64,000 nt of DNA from Brevundimonas sp. (GCF_051860745.1 NZ_JBHYDN010000003.1:119307-183306), one strand, 5' to 3'; positions 38,865 through 48,824 are shown, counted from the stretch's first letter. Numbers and translations are program-made. The notes: a model not told the origin generated them from the letters alone.

Positions 38865-41714
38865 ATGCCGACACGATCGCATGAGCCGGCGCCCCGAAGC
38901 GCCCAGGCCTACATCCGGCCCTTCGACAGCCTGGGGCTGGCCGATGTTCCGCTCGTAGGGGGCAAGACGGCCTCCCTCGGAGAGCTCCGTGGGTTGCTCG
39001 GTTCCGGACCGATCACGGTGCCGGACGGGTTCGCCGTCACCGCGGACGCCTACCGGGACGCGCTGACCGAAGCCGACGCCTGGCCGAAGTTGAGGGCTCT
39101 GCTCGCCGATTTCGATCCCGCCGACGTCGCGGAGCTTTCTCGCCGGGCCGCCCGGGCGCGGGAGATCGTCTATGCGGCCACCGGCGGCGCGGCGCTCCGC
39201 GACCAGATCGCTTCGGCGTTTCAGAGTCTGGCCGCGTCCGGCGACGGTCCGATCAGCGTGGCCGTTCGCAGTTCGGCGACGGCCGAGGACCTGCCGACCG
39301 CCAGCTTCGCGGGCCAGCACGACAGCTTTCTCCACCTGCGGGACGAGGACGCGGTTGTGGACGCCTGCCGGCGCTGCTTCGCCTCACTCTTCACCGACCG
39401 GGCCATCGGCTACCGGGTCAACAACGGCTTCGACCACTTCAAGGTCGCCCTGTCGATCGCCGTGATGCGGATGGTCGGCGCGGACGAGGCCGCCAGCGGC
39501 GTCATCTTCACCCTCGATCCGGAGAGCGGGTTTCCTGACGTCGTCCTGGTCACCGGCGCCTACGGCCTCGGCGAGGGCATCGTTCAGGGCCTTGTCGATC
39601 CGGATGAATTCTACGTCCACAAGCCCACCTACCGGGAGGGCCATCGCGCGGTGCTCCATCGTCGGCTGGGCGCCAAACAGGTCCGGCTCGCCTGGCGGGC
39701 CGGGCGCGGCGGTCCGATCCGCACCCTGCGGACGCCTGTGGACCTTCGGCGGCGCTTCTGCCTGGGTGATGCGGACGTCCTTGCTCTCGCGGGCGCCGCG
39801 ATGGTCATCGAGGCCCATTACTCGGAACGGGCCGGCGGGCCCATGCCGATGGACATCGAATGGGCGCGTGACGCCGACGGCCGCCTCTACGTGGTCCAGG
39901 CCCGTCCCGAGACGGTCGTCTCCCGGCGCGCCGCGGACGAGATGATCACCTGGCGGCTGACCGGGACCGGCGACCTGCTGGTGTCCGGCAACGCGGTGGG
40001 CGAGAAGATCGCGACCGGGCCGGTCCGCCTCGTCCGCACCGCCCGCGACCTGGAGGCCTTCCGCCCCGGAGAGATCCTCGTTTCCGTGTCCACCAGTCCG
40101 GACTGGGACCCGGTCATCAAGGTCGCCGCCGCCGTCGTGACGGACCGCGGCGGCCGGACCTGCCACGCCGCGATCGTCGCACGGGAATTGGGGACGCCGG
40201 CCGTGGTCGGCGCCGGCGACGCCACCCGCCGCCTCGTCGACGGCCAGATCGTCACGGTGTCCTGCGCCGAGGGCGAGACCGGCCGCGTCTACGCCGGCGC
40301 CGTCCCGTTCGAGACAGAGCAGCTGTCCCTGTCCAGTCTGCCCCGGCCCGAGACTCCGGTGATGTTGAACCTGGCGCACCCGGACATGGCGCTCCGCGCC
40401 GCGCGACTGCCGAGCGCCGGCGTGGGGTTGGCGCGGCTGGAGTTCATCATCGGTGAACAGATCGGCCTGCATCCGATGGCGGCCGCCCATCCGGAGCGCA
40501 CATCGCCCAAGGTCCAGGCCGCCATGGCCCGCCGGATCGGCGAGGATATCTCCCCCCGCGAGTTTTTCGTGCGGCGGCTCGCCGAGGGCGTGGGACTGAT
40601 CGCCGCCGCCTTCTATCCCCGGCCGGTCATCGCGCGCCTGTCGGACTTCAAGACCAACGAATACGCCCGACTCGTCGGCGGCAAGGCGTTCGAGCCGGCG
40701 GAGGAGAATCCGATGATCGGCTTCCGCGGCGCCGCCCGGTACGACCATCCGCTCTACGCCGACGGATTCGCGCTGGAATGCGAGGCGCTGGCCCGGGTCC
40801 GCGGCGACATGGGGCTGACCAACCTGCGCCTGATGGTGCCGTTCTGCCGCCGGGTGGAGGAGGGGCGGGCCGTGCTCGATGCCATGGCGCGGCGCGGCCT
40901 GAAGCGCGGCGAGAACGGGCTGGAGGTCTACGTGATGTGCGAGATCCCCAACAACGTGCTGTGCATCGACGCCTTCTCCGAGCTCTTTGACGGGTTTTCG
41001 ATCGGCTCCAACGACCTCACCCAGCTCGTCCTCGGCGTCGACCGGGATTCCGAAGTCGTCGCCTTCGATTTCGACGAACGCGACCCGGGGGTGCTGGAGA
41101 TGCTGCGCCTGGCCGTGGAGGGTGCGCAGCGCAACGGCCGACCGGTCGGCATCTGCGGCGAGGCTCCGGCCACCTGGCCCGAAATCGCGACCTTCCTCGT
41201 CGGGCTCGGCGTCGATTCCATCAGCGTGAACCCCGACAGCCTGCCGCGCACCCTGCGGACCGTCGCAAAGGCGGAAGGGGGCGACCATGGCGGCGCCCGC
41301 CGTCATCTGGCGGGACGCCCGATCGGTGATTTCATGTCGCACCGAGTCGAGACGACGCCGTCAGACATGGGCCTCGAAGCCTTCGTCCGTCATCGCCTCG
41401 CCGCCACCCGCCACGGCGTTTACCCGGTCGTCGAGCTGGATCGTCTCATCGGGGTGGTGGAGCGAGCGGACATCCTCCGTACGCCTCGCGAACGCTGGGC
41501 GCGGACGACGCTCGGAGAAGTCTGCACCCCGCTGGACGAAGCGCTCGTCGTGGCGCCGGACGAGGACGCCTTCGCGGTTCTGGAGCGCATGCGAAGCGAG
41601 CGCCGGCCGCGCCTGCTGGTGCTCGATCGGGGTACGCTCGTCGGGATCGTCACCCTGGACGATCTGCTGGAGCGGCTCGCCCTCGCCCGACAGTTCGAGC
41701 CGGAGCCGGTCTGA
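38865..41714 (+). CDS. ppsA: Phosphoenolpyruvate synthase with a C-terminal CBS pair
   Basis: VGGKTASLGE, AVRSSATAEDLP.ASFAGQ, GGRTCHAAIVARE, EENPMIGFRGA, SIGSNDLTQ, then about 140 aa of CBS pair. Confidence 0.9.
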   Translation: MPTRSHEPAPRSAQAYIRPFDSLGLADVPLVGGKTASLGELRGLLGSGPITVPDGFAVTADAYRDALTEADAWPKLRALLADFDPADVAELSRRAARAREIVYAATGGAALRDQIASAFQSLAASGDGPISVAVRSSATAEDLPTASFAGQHDSFLHLRDEDAVVDACRRCFASLFTDRAIGYRVNNGFDHFKVALSIAVMRMVGADEAASGVIFTLDPESGFPDVVLVTGAYGLGEGIVQGLVDPDEFYVHKPTYREGHRAVLHRRLGAKQVRLAWRAGRGGPIRTLRTPVDLRRRFCLGDADVLALAGAAMVIEAHYSERAGGPMPMDIEWARDADGRLYVVQARPETVVSRRAADEMITWRLTGTGDLLVSGNAVGEKIATGPVRLVRTARDLEAFRPGEILVSVSTSPDWDPVIKVAAAVVTDRGGRTCHAAIVARELGTPAVVGAGDATRRLVDGQIVTVSCAEGETGRVYAGAVPFETEQLSLSSLPRPETPVMLNLAHPDMALRAARLPSAGVGLARLEFIIGEQIGLHPMAAAHPERTSPKVQAAMARRIGEDISPREFFVRRLAEGVGLIAAAFYPRPVIARLSDFKTNEYARLVGGKAFEPAEENPMIGFRGAARYDHPLYADGFALECEALARVRGDMGLTNLRLMVPFCRRVEEGRAVLDAMARRGLKRGENGLEVYVMCEIPNNVLCIDAFSELFDGFSIGSNDLTQLVLGVDRDSEVVAFDFDERDPGVLEMLRLAVEGAQRNGRPVGICGEAPATWPEIATFLVGLGVDSISVNPDSLPRTLRTVAKAEGGDHGGARRHLAGRPIGDFMSHRVETTPSDMGLEAFVRHRLAATRHGVYPVVELDRLIGVVERADILRTPRERWARTTLGEVCTPLDEALVVAPDEDAFAVLERMRSERRPRLLVLDRGTLVGIVTLDDLLERLALARQFEPEPV

Positions 41715-41869
41715 CAGCGGCGTAGCCCTGGCGATCCAAGGTGAGGTGATCGCGAGGTGGACATGATCGCAAGGCTCCACGCGAAGACTCGTCGCAAGGA
41801 GCCCAAACAGCAGCTCCGTGACCTCCGCGAGGATGCTGGTGTTCCGACTGGTCTGGAGAGGAGAAATGT

Positions 41870-41995
41870 ATGCGCGTAGCGGTCTTCAGCACCCGCCCCT
41901 ATGATCGGCAGTTCCTGACGGAAGCCAACGCGGCGGGGACTCACGAGCTCAGCTTTTTCGAGGCGAAACTGGATATGCAAACCGCTGAGCTCAGC
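41870..41995 (+). pseudogene. N-terminal fragment of D-lactate/2-hydroxyacid dehydrogenase (LdhA-like)
   Basis: MRVAVFSTRPYDRQFL...HELSFFEAKL with a GAGGAG RBS; similarity stops after about 42 codons. Confidence 0.75.
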
Positions 41996-42199
41996 GGGGG
42001 GTTCGGCAGTGAGGGCGTGACCCCGTTCGTCCGCCGAAACCGCACAAAATTCGCTCACAAGGCGACTTGAGGCGTTAACTTGGCAGCACCCTCTTCGCCG
42101 CTTCCGCGCCGAAGCGGCGTCAGTTTGGGCGGCCGCGGTTGCCTGATTTCAGGCAGGGTAGGGCGGCTTTCGACTTGGCGCGGTTAACCTGGCAGCACC
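41996..42199 (+). mobile_element. Tandem IS6 end remnants
   Basis: GTTAAC(T/C)TGGCAGCACC at 42074-42090 and 42183-42199, with a transposase-like tail LRRFRAEAASVWAAAVA* between them. Confidence 0.65.
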
Positions 42200-42760
42200 G
42201 GCCGCGATCCGCCGAATTTCGTGCGCGATTTCTTCGGGCGAAAGAATAAAATCGATGCAGCCGCTGTCGATTGCGCTCTGCGGCATGTCAGGCTGAACGG
42301 CTGTATCGAGCTTCTGGGCGATCGTGATGCCCCCGACGTCCTTTATGCCGCACAACGCTGCCGCCCCGTCTCCGTCATAGCCCGAGACGATGACCGCTAT
42401 CAGCTGGCCAGACCAGTTCTCCGTAAGCGAGCGCAGAAAGACCGTAATGACGTCGGGCCAACCCCTTGGCTTTGAGATCGGCTCTAGCCGGAATTCTCCA
42501 TTCCGGACATGGAGATCACGTTTCTCCGGAATGATGAACACGCAATCTGGACGTACATCCAATCGGTCTGAAATCAACTCTACGGGCATGGTCGTATAGT
42601 TCGGAAGAATCTGGTGGAGCCTCGTCGCCACGGTCCGCAGGTGATTTACGATGACGATCGCAACGCCCAGGTCGGCCGGCAGATTTTTCAGCAGCCGCGT
42701 GTAGGCGTCGAGACCGCCGGCAGAGCCACCGATACAAACGATGGGGAATTTTTTCGTCAT
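42149..42760 (-). CDS. Stand-alone CheB methylesterase-domain protein; last residues read into IS6 DNA
   Basis: IGGSAGG, VNH and SGYDGDG give the Ser-His-Asp triad. Confidence 0.85.
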   Translation of the reverse strand: MTKKFPIVCIGGSAGGLDAYTRLLKNLPADLGVAIVIVNHLRTVATRLHQILPNYTTMPVELISDRLDVRPDCVFIIPEKRDLHVRNGEFRLEPISKPRGWPDVITVFLRSLTENWSGQLIAVIVSGYDGDGAAALCGIKDVGGITIAQKLDTAVQPDMPQSAIDSGCIDFILSPEEIAHEIRRIAAGAARLTAPSRKPPYPA

Positions 42761-42880
42761 AGCTGAGCCTGCCTATGTATCAACACGTTGAGCTCGTCGG
42801 GAGACGACTGCGGACCTCCCGCCAATGGCACAACCATGAACGTTGCTGCTGCGGTGTCGGCAAACTCCCTCAGCCCGTTC

Positions 42881-43264
42881 CTACCGACGGGCGTTTACCA
42901 CCCTGGCGCATAGATCGCGTATTTCCTTGTCCAGTTGCGCGCCCGTGAAGGGCTTGGGAAGGCGTGCTTCTTCGCGCAATCGCTCCGGCAGGGCGTGCTC
43001 GCTGTAACCACTCAGCAGCAACACCGGCAAGCCGCGTTTCAGGAGCATGTCAGCCACGGGATAGGAATGGCCGCCGCGGATATTGATGTCGATGATCGCG
43101 AACCCAAGTGCCGCGTTGGTGGCCATGTCCAATGCCTTTTCCAGCTCGGCGATCGGACCGACGACTTCATGGCCAAGTCCTTCGACCGCGTCCTCTATGT
43201 CCATTCCAATCAGGGGTTCATCCTCGACCACGAGCACCCTGAAACGCACGACACCGTCCGTCAT
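42881..43264 (-). CDS. Single-domain response regulator
   Basis: VLVVEDE, AIIDINI, LSGY, PKPF; overlaps the kinase stop. Confidence 0.88.
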   Translation of the reverse strand: MTDGVVRFRVLVVEDEPLIGMDIEDAVEGLGHEVVGPIAELEKALDMATNAALGFAIIDINIRGGHSYPVADMLLKRGLPVLLLSGYSEHALPERLREEARLPKPFTGAQLDKEIRDLCARVVNARR

Positions 43265-46200
43265 CGCGGAGAGTCGTGCGACGGATCTGCGGAGCGGATG
43301 CGGCCAATGTCCTCGGCAAACGGAACCGAAATCTCGCAACGGACCCCTGTTGAAAGGAATTCCCGGTTCACCTTGGCGTTCAAGCCACGAACGAGACTGA
43401 TCTCGATGAGCTTCGTTCCGAAACCTCGGCTGCTCGGTGGCACAACGGGCGGACCGGCGGTTTCTAGCCACACGATTTCAAGCTCCGGCTTGCCCTCCGC
43501 TCCGGTAACGCGCCAGCTGACGTCGAGATGCCCTGTCTCGGTCGAAAGGGCGCCGTATTTGACCGCATTCGTCGCCAATTCGTGGAGCGCCAACGCCAGG
43601 CCCAAGCTGGCCCTTGATGAAAGCACGACGTCGACGCCCGACATTTCCACGTTATCGCGCTGCTCGTAGGGCCGTAGCTCGGTTGCCACGAGTCCCCGCA
43701 ATGAGCATTCAGCGCCGCCGAGCTCGGTCAGCAGACCATGCGCGCGCGCGATCGCCTGTATCCGCCCTTCGATATCGGCCCTCGCCGTCTCGTTGGTCCC
43801 GTCCGCCTTGAGTGTCTGGGTAACCACTGACGAGACGATGGCCAGAATGTTTTTCACCCGGTGATCGAGCTCGGCCATTAGCGTCTCAGCGCGGTCTTCG
43901 GCGGCTTTTCGCACGGCGATGTCGCGCGCTACCGCAGAAGCGCCGATAATCGTGCCCGACTTATCGCGCATGGGAGAGATCGTCAGCGACACATGGATCA
44001 CCCGGTCGTCCTTGGTCACCCGGCCGATATCGATGTCTGTGATCAGCTCCCCGCGCCGCAGCCGCGTCAGATTATCGGGCCATTCATTGATCTGTACGTC
44101 GTCCAGCAACCTGGACATTGGCTGCCCGATGATCTCGTCGGCGCTGTAGCCGTAGATCGTCTCGGCACCCGGGTTCCAGCTGGTGATCTTTCCGTTGAGA
44201 TCGTGACTGAGGATCGCATCCTGAGACGAGGTGACGATAGCCGCCAGATGGGCCCTGTCGCGTTCTAGCCGTTTCCGATCGGAGATATCGATGAGCGTAA
44301 TGACCACGCCGTCGATGACGTTGTTGAGGTCGCGGTACGGCTTTACTCGCACCAGATAGGTTGCCGCGCCGTCCTCCGATTCGGCCTCACGCTCCAGGGA
44401 ACCGAGGTCGCGCTGCACAGTCGCAATGTCTTTGGTCAAGGCCGAGCCGGTCAGGCGGGATGCGAAGTCGCCGATAGGCCGACCTTCGTCGCCCTCCCGT
44501 ACATTGAAGATTTCAGTGATCGCCGGTGTGAACCGTCGGATGCACAACGCATTATCCAGAAAGAGGGTGGCGATCGAGGTGTTGTCAAAGAGATTCGCGA
44601 GATCGCTGTTCGACCTGACGAGACTGTCAGCCCTGTTGTTCAGCTCCGCATTAACGGTTTGCAGCTCTTCGTTGATCGACTGAAGTTCTTCCTTTGACGT
44701 TTCGAGTTCTTCGACCGTTGAGTGAAGCTCTTCGTTGACCGATTGGAATTCTTCGTTGGAGCTCTGTAATTCCTCGTTCGCGGTTTCCAGCTCTTCGGTG
44801 ATGGCCTGCAGCTTCTCACGCGCGGCGATAAGCTCGCCATGGTCTGTATCGGAGGCGAGTGAGCTGACCTCGGGTTGATCCGTGATGTCTGACCCGACAG
44901 GTGGACCGAGTTCCTGGAAGGCGAGCAGGAGACACCTCTGCCCCCCAACCGGTTCCGCCATCGGCTCGGCGATCAGGTTGATCGTTTGCGCCTGTCCGGC
45001 GACCAGAAAGGTCGCCAGCTCCTGAACCTGCCGCTGGTCTTCGAGCGCCTTTCGGACAAGTGTCCGGACGGGCGAGCGCAGTTGAGTGTGCAGCATCCGA
45101 AAGAGATTCAGGCTGGCCCCGCCGCTTACCGGCTCCATGAATTTCGCGACCTGGCCCGAAAAGCGCTGGATCTCGTGTTGACCGTCAAAGACGATATAGG
45201 CCGGTGCGAATTGCGCCATCATCCGCGCCGCCTGGTCGTCGATGCCCTCGGCCTCTGACGGCGGCTTGGCCGATGACGCCTTCGTCATTCGGATGCTCGA
45301 CGGGGATCGCGGAACCTCGGACGCGACATCGAGGCGCCTGAAAATCCGACCGCGCTGGTCAAACGCCTTGAAGAGCCGCGCGCTCGCCGCAAGGGTCTCG
45401 GACGGACCGAGCCATAAGAGACCACAGGGTTTGATTCCGTAGTGAAAGGTTGCGATGACGCGCTGCTGCAACGCTGGTTCAAAGTAGATCAGAAGGTTTC
45501 GGCAAGACACCATATCGAGTTTGGAAAACGGTGGATCCTTTACCAGGTCATGTGTTGAGAAAACGCACATCTCCCGGATATGTTTTGCGACCCGGTAGCG
45601 CTGCCCTTCCTTGACGAAGTGTTTCTCGAGCCGCTCCGCTGTGACGTCGGCCTCTATGGCGTCGCTGTAGAGGCCGATGCGGGCAATTGTAATGGCCCGA
45701 TCATCGATGTCCGTCGCGAAGAGCGTGACTTGCCGTGGCGATTCGGCGTTCGTCAACGCCTCCTTGAGCAAAATGGCGATCGAATAGGCTTCCTCGCCTG
45801 TCGCACAGCCCGCCACCCATATGCGTAGAGGTTGTTCCGGACCACCTCTGGCGATCAAATCAGGCAGCGCGGTCTTCGCCAGCGCCTCGAATACGACGGG
45901 GTCGCGGAAAAACCGCGTTACGCCGATCAGGATCTCCCGGAACAGGAGTTCGGGTTCATCCGGCAATGTGCGCAGCAACCCTATATATTGCCGCGGATCC
46001 TGGACACGAAGCACCTGCATCCGTCGGTGGACACGGCGCATCAGGGTGCTGGACTTGTACTGGCCGAAGTCTCGCCCCAGGCGGCTGTTGAGCACGGCGC
46101 AGATCGTCATCAGGTATTTGGTCTGGTCCGGTCCAGACCCTTCGGACAAGCCATTGCTTGCGACATGGTCTTGGAAGTCGCGATATTCCAGCAAACGCGC

Positions 46201-46851
46201 CGGCATCTCCTGGGGTTGGAGCACATTGTCCACAAAGCCGCCCGCAGTCGCGCTCTGAGGCATGCCAAACTTGGCGCGATGGTCGAAGGCGGCTTCGCTG
46301 AGCGTCAGCCCGCCGCCCTCCTTGATGGCTGCGACACCAATCGTCCCATCGCTGCCGAACCCCGAAAGAATAATCCCCACAGCGTTCTCACCCTGGTCCT
46401 CGGCCAACGACACGAAGAAGGTGTCGATCGAGGACTGCCGGGCGGTCGGCGTCTCCGGCGGCGCGACACGGAGAACCCCATCCTCGATCTTCAGGATCGC
46501 GTTCTGGGGGATGACTGCGACGGTGTTTGGGGCCGCGACCGTTCCGTCGACGGCCTTCACCACTGGCATCGCGGTATATTCGCGAAGAATCTCAGCCAGC
46601 GCACTGTTGTAGTCAGGGTCCAGATGCTGAACCAGGACGAACGCCATACCGCTATCCGCGGGCATTTTGGAAAAGAACGACCGGAAGGCTTCAAGACCGC
46701 CGGCCGATGCGCCGATGCCAATGATCAGATGGCCCGTCGTCCCGGGCCAGTTGTCAGTTGGGCCGCCTCCCGCCGGCACATTTGCAGCTGATCGGGGGAC
46801 CGCCGCAGCTTGGACAGTAGGCGTTGATCTAGGCTTGGCCATGGCTACCAA
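43261..46851 (-). CDS. CheB-CheR-coiled coil-PAS-HWE histidine kinase fusion
   Basis: GIGASAGG, VQH, SGFGSDG; AGCATGEE, VSCRNLLIYF; NEELQS repeats; ELDHRVKN, LHELATNAVKYG, RGFG. Confidence 0.92.
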   Translation of the reverse strand: MVAMAKPRSTPTVQAAAVPRSAANVPAGGGPTDNWPGTTGHLIIGIGASAGGLEAFRSFFSKMPADSGMAFVLVQHLDPDYNSALAEILREYTAMPVVKAVDGTVAAPNTVAVIPQNAILKIEDGVLRVAPPETPTARQSSIDTFFVSLAEDQGENAVGIILSGFGSDGTIGVAAIKEGGGLTLSEAAFDHRAKFGMPQSATAGGFVDNVLQPQEMPARLLEYRDFQDHVASNGLSEGSGPDQTKYLMTICAVLNSRLGRDFGQYKSSTLMRRVHRRMQVLRVQDPRQYIGLLRTLPDEPELLFREILIGVTRFFRDPVVFEALAKTALPDLIARGGPEQPLRIWVAGCATGEEAYSIAILLKEALTNAESPRQVTLFATDIDDRAITIARIGLYSDAIEADVTAERLEKHFVKEGQRYRVAKHIREMCVFSTHDLVKDPPFSKLDMVSCRNLLIYFEPALQQRVIATFHYGIKPCGLLWLGPSETLAASARLFKAFDQRGRIFRRLDVASEVPRSPSSIRMTKASSAKPPSEAEGIDDQAARMMAQFAPAYIVFDGQHEIQRFSGQVAKFMEPVSGGASLNLFRMLHTQLRSPVRTLVRKALEDQRQVQELATFLVAGQAQTINLIAEPMAEPVGGQRCLLLAFQELGPPVGSDITDQPEVSSLASDTDHGELIAAREKLQAITEELETANEELQSSNEEFQSVNEELHSTVEELETSKEELQSINEELQTVNAELNNRADSLVRSNSDLANLFDNTSIATLFLDNALCIRRFTPAITEIFNVREGDEGRPIGDFASRLTGSALTKDIATVQRDLGSLEREAESEDGAATYLVRVKPYRDLNNVIDGVVITLIDISDRKRLERDRAHLAAIVTSSQDAILSHDLNGKITSWNPGAETIYGYSADEIIGQPMSRLLDDVQINEWPDNLTRLRRGELITDIDIGRVTKDDRVIHVSLTISPMRDKSGTIIGASAVARDIAVRKAAEDRAETLMAELDHRVKNILAIVSSVVTQTLKADGTNETARADIEGRIQAIARAHGLLTELGGAECSLRGLVATELRPYEQRDNVEMSGVDVVLSSRASLGLALALHELATNAVKYGALSTETGHLDVSWRVTGAEGKPELEIVWLETAGPPVVPPSSRGFGTKLIEISLVRGLNAKVNREFLSTGVRCEISVPFAEDIGRIRSADPSHDSPR

Positions 46852-46891
46852 TCCGCCTGCATCGCCGACAAAGCAATAACCCTCGCCGGTG

Positions 46892-46920
46892 GGTGCTGTC
46901 AGGCCAACGCTAAAAGGTCT
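46892..46920 (+). mobile_element. Isolated IS6-type end (29 bp) abutting the IS110 end
   Basis: GGTGCTGTCAGGCCAACGCTAAAAGGTCT closely matches the left end of IS6 copy 2. Confidence 0.65.
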
Positions 46921-47637
46921 TGTGTGGACGGCGCTCGATTGGCAAGGGCGTTGAGGTAGGGATTGGTGGGTTACAGTCTTGTGTTCGGCCTGTTGATGCA
47001 GGGCTCGGCCTGCTGGCCCTGATGTCGTCCGCTGACCTGGTCTCCTATCTCCGGTGAGCGCTTCGCTGCGCCGACAATTTATCGGAGTGTCCTGGTCTTC
47101 GGTCCCGATCCGGATCGCATCACCTCATGGTCCTTGCCAATTTGTGCCGCCGTCGGCGTTAAGCCGCGGCTGGATCCAGTCTGAAGGGCTCACCCCGCCT
47201 CATGATCGCCCAGGCGATCCGGGCCATCTTATTTGCGAGGGCGAGGGCGAGGGCGACCAGCTTGGGCGGCTTGCCCTTTTCGAGCAGGGTTTTGGCCCAC
47301 GTATCCAGACGTCCGGTTCGGGTTTTCGAGTGGCTGAGCACGGCCGTGGCTCCGGTAACGAGCAGGGTGCGCAGGTAGCGATCCCCCATCTTCGACACGC
47401 GCCCGAGCCGGGTCTTTCCGCCCGAGGAGTTCTGTCGTGGAGCCAGGCCCAGGAACGCTGCGAACTCCCGACCAGAGGCGAACATGGAAGGATCGGTGAC
47501 GCTGGCGGCGAGGGCCGTAGCTGTCACGGGACCGACACCCGGAATGCCCGCCAGGCGCTGACTGACCTCAGTGATTCGATGCCATTCGAGAAGCTGCTGA
47601 TCCAACTGCGCGATCTGCTGCTCCAGGCTGGTCAGCT
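46921..47637 (-). mobile_element. IS110-family remnant: C-terminal transposase (47159-47637) plus about 240 bp of 3' non-coding end
   Basis: IPGVGPVTATAL, FASGREFAAFLGLAPRQNSSGGK, LANKMARIAWA; truncated by IS6 copy 2. Confidence 0.85.
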
Positions 47638-48448
47638 GGTGCTGGCAGTCTAACGCTAGAAGGTCTCCGGTAAGGGCTTGATGTCCGGGAGGCGGGATGG
47701 ATCCGATCAGTTTCAAGCGGCATCGGTTCCCCGGAGCCGTAATTGTGCAGGCGGTGCGCTGGTACTTCCGTTTCACGCTCAGCATTCGTGACGTCGAGGA
47801 GTTGATGGCCGAACGCGGGATTGCGGTCAGCCGTGATGCGATCCGGTGCTGGGTCATCAAGTTGACCCTCTGATTGCCGCCAACCTGCGCCGGGTGAGAT
47901 CACGCCCTACCGGCCGTTGGCACCTGGATGAGGTTGTCGTGAAGATCGGTGGCCGGCGAATGTATCTGTGGCGCGCTGTCGATGATGAGGGCGAGGTGTT
48001 CGACGTTCTGGTCCAGAAGCGCCGGAACAAGCAGGCGGCGCTGAAGGTGCCGCGCCGCCTCTTGCGCAACAGTGGGATCCAACCGGAGGCTATCGTCACC
48101 GATGAGCTGGCCTCGTACAGAGCGGCGATGAAGGTGCTGAATCTCCAGGCCCGTCACCGCCCCGGCGGGATGCGGGAGAACAATCGCGCCGAGAACCCGC
48201 ACCTCCTGATCCGCCGACGAGAACGCAAACAGCAGAAGTTCAAATCCCAGGGTTCAGCCCAGCGTTTCCTCTCCAGCCACGGTCCGATTTACAACGCGTT
48301 CAATCTCCAGCCCCATCTGGTGTCCCGAGCCGGCCTTCGCTCCCTGCGAGGTCTGGCTGACAACGCCTGGGCGGCCGCAACCCAAGCTGCCTGAAACGGG
48401 GAAGGGAAGGGGCCATCTGCGGGCTAGGAGACTTAAGTTGTCAGTCCC
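47638..48448 (+). mobile_element. IS6-family element copy 2, transposase 47697-48394 with a -1 frameshift
   Basis: Ends GGTGCTGGCAGTCTAA and TTAAGTTGTCAGTCCC; CDS span of 698 nt is not a multiple of 3. Confidence 0.9.
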
Positions 48449-48824
48449 TCTGGGGGTCTATGGCCCGCAAACGCCCGCCCTGTCTGGCGATCGCACCAGT
48501 TTGCGGCCCGCAAGAGTCGAGTCCGCGGGCCTGTCGGCGATGCAATTTTATTGTTGATATTCAATGGTTTAAACGGTGGCGGTGGTGTCAGTCGGAAGAT
48601 AACCTGTCTGCACCAGGCGCCAGGCAAGGCAGTGGGAGTCGATGCCGGGTCAGGCCGGCAGGTCCTTCACATTCCGCGGAGAAAGCCGGTACGTCATACC
48701 TGTCGTCATCACGAGGCGGATCACCTCGGGCGAGTTGTCGAAGTAGCGGAACACGGGACGACCGAGCGAAGCCTCGGCTGACAGCATCCTTCGAACCCAA
48801 GAGGCAGTGACCAGCAGAGTTTGT

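Noticed and set aside
41763-41879. 38-codon ORF between ppsA and the ldhA fragment
   Set aside because: Plausible RBS but no recognisable motif.
48560-48612. Possible tRNA gene or attachment site (reverse strand ends in CCGCCA)
   Set aside because: No cloverleaf or TTC(G/A)A T-loop; kept only as part of the 29-bp motif finding.
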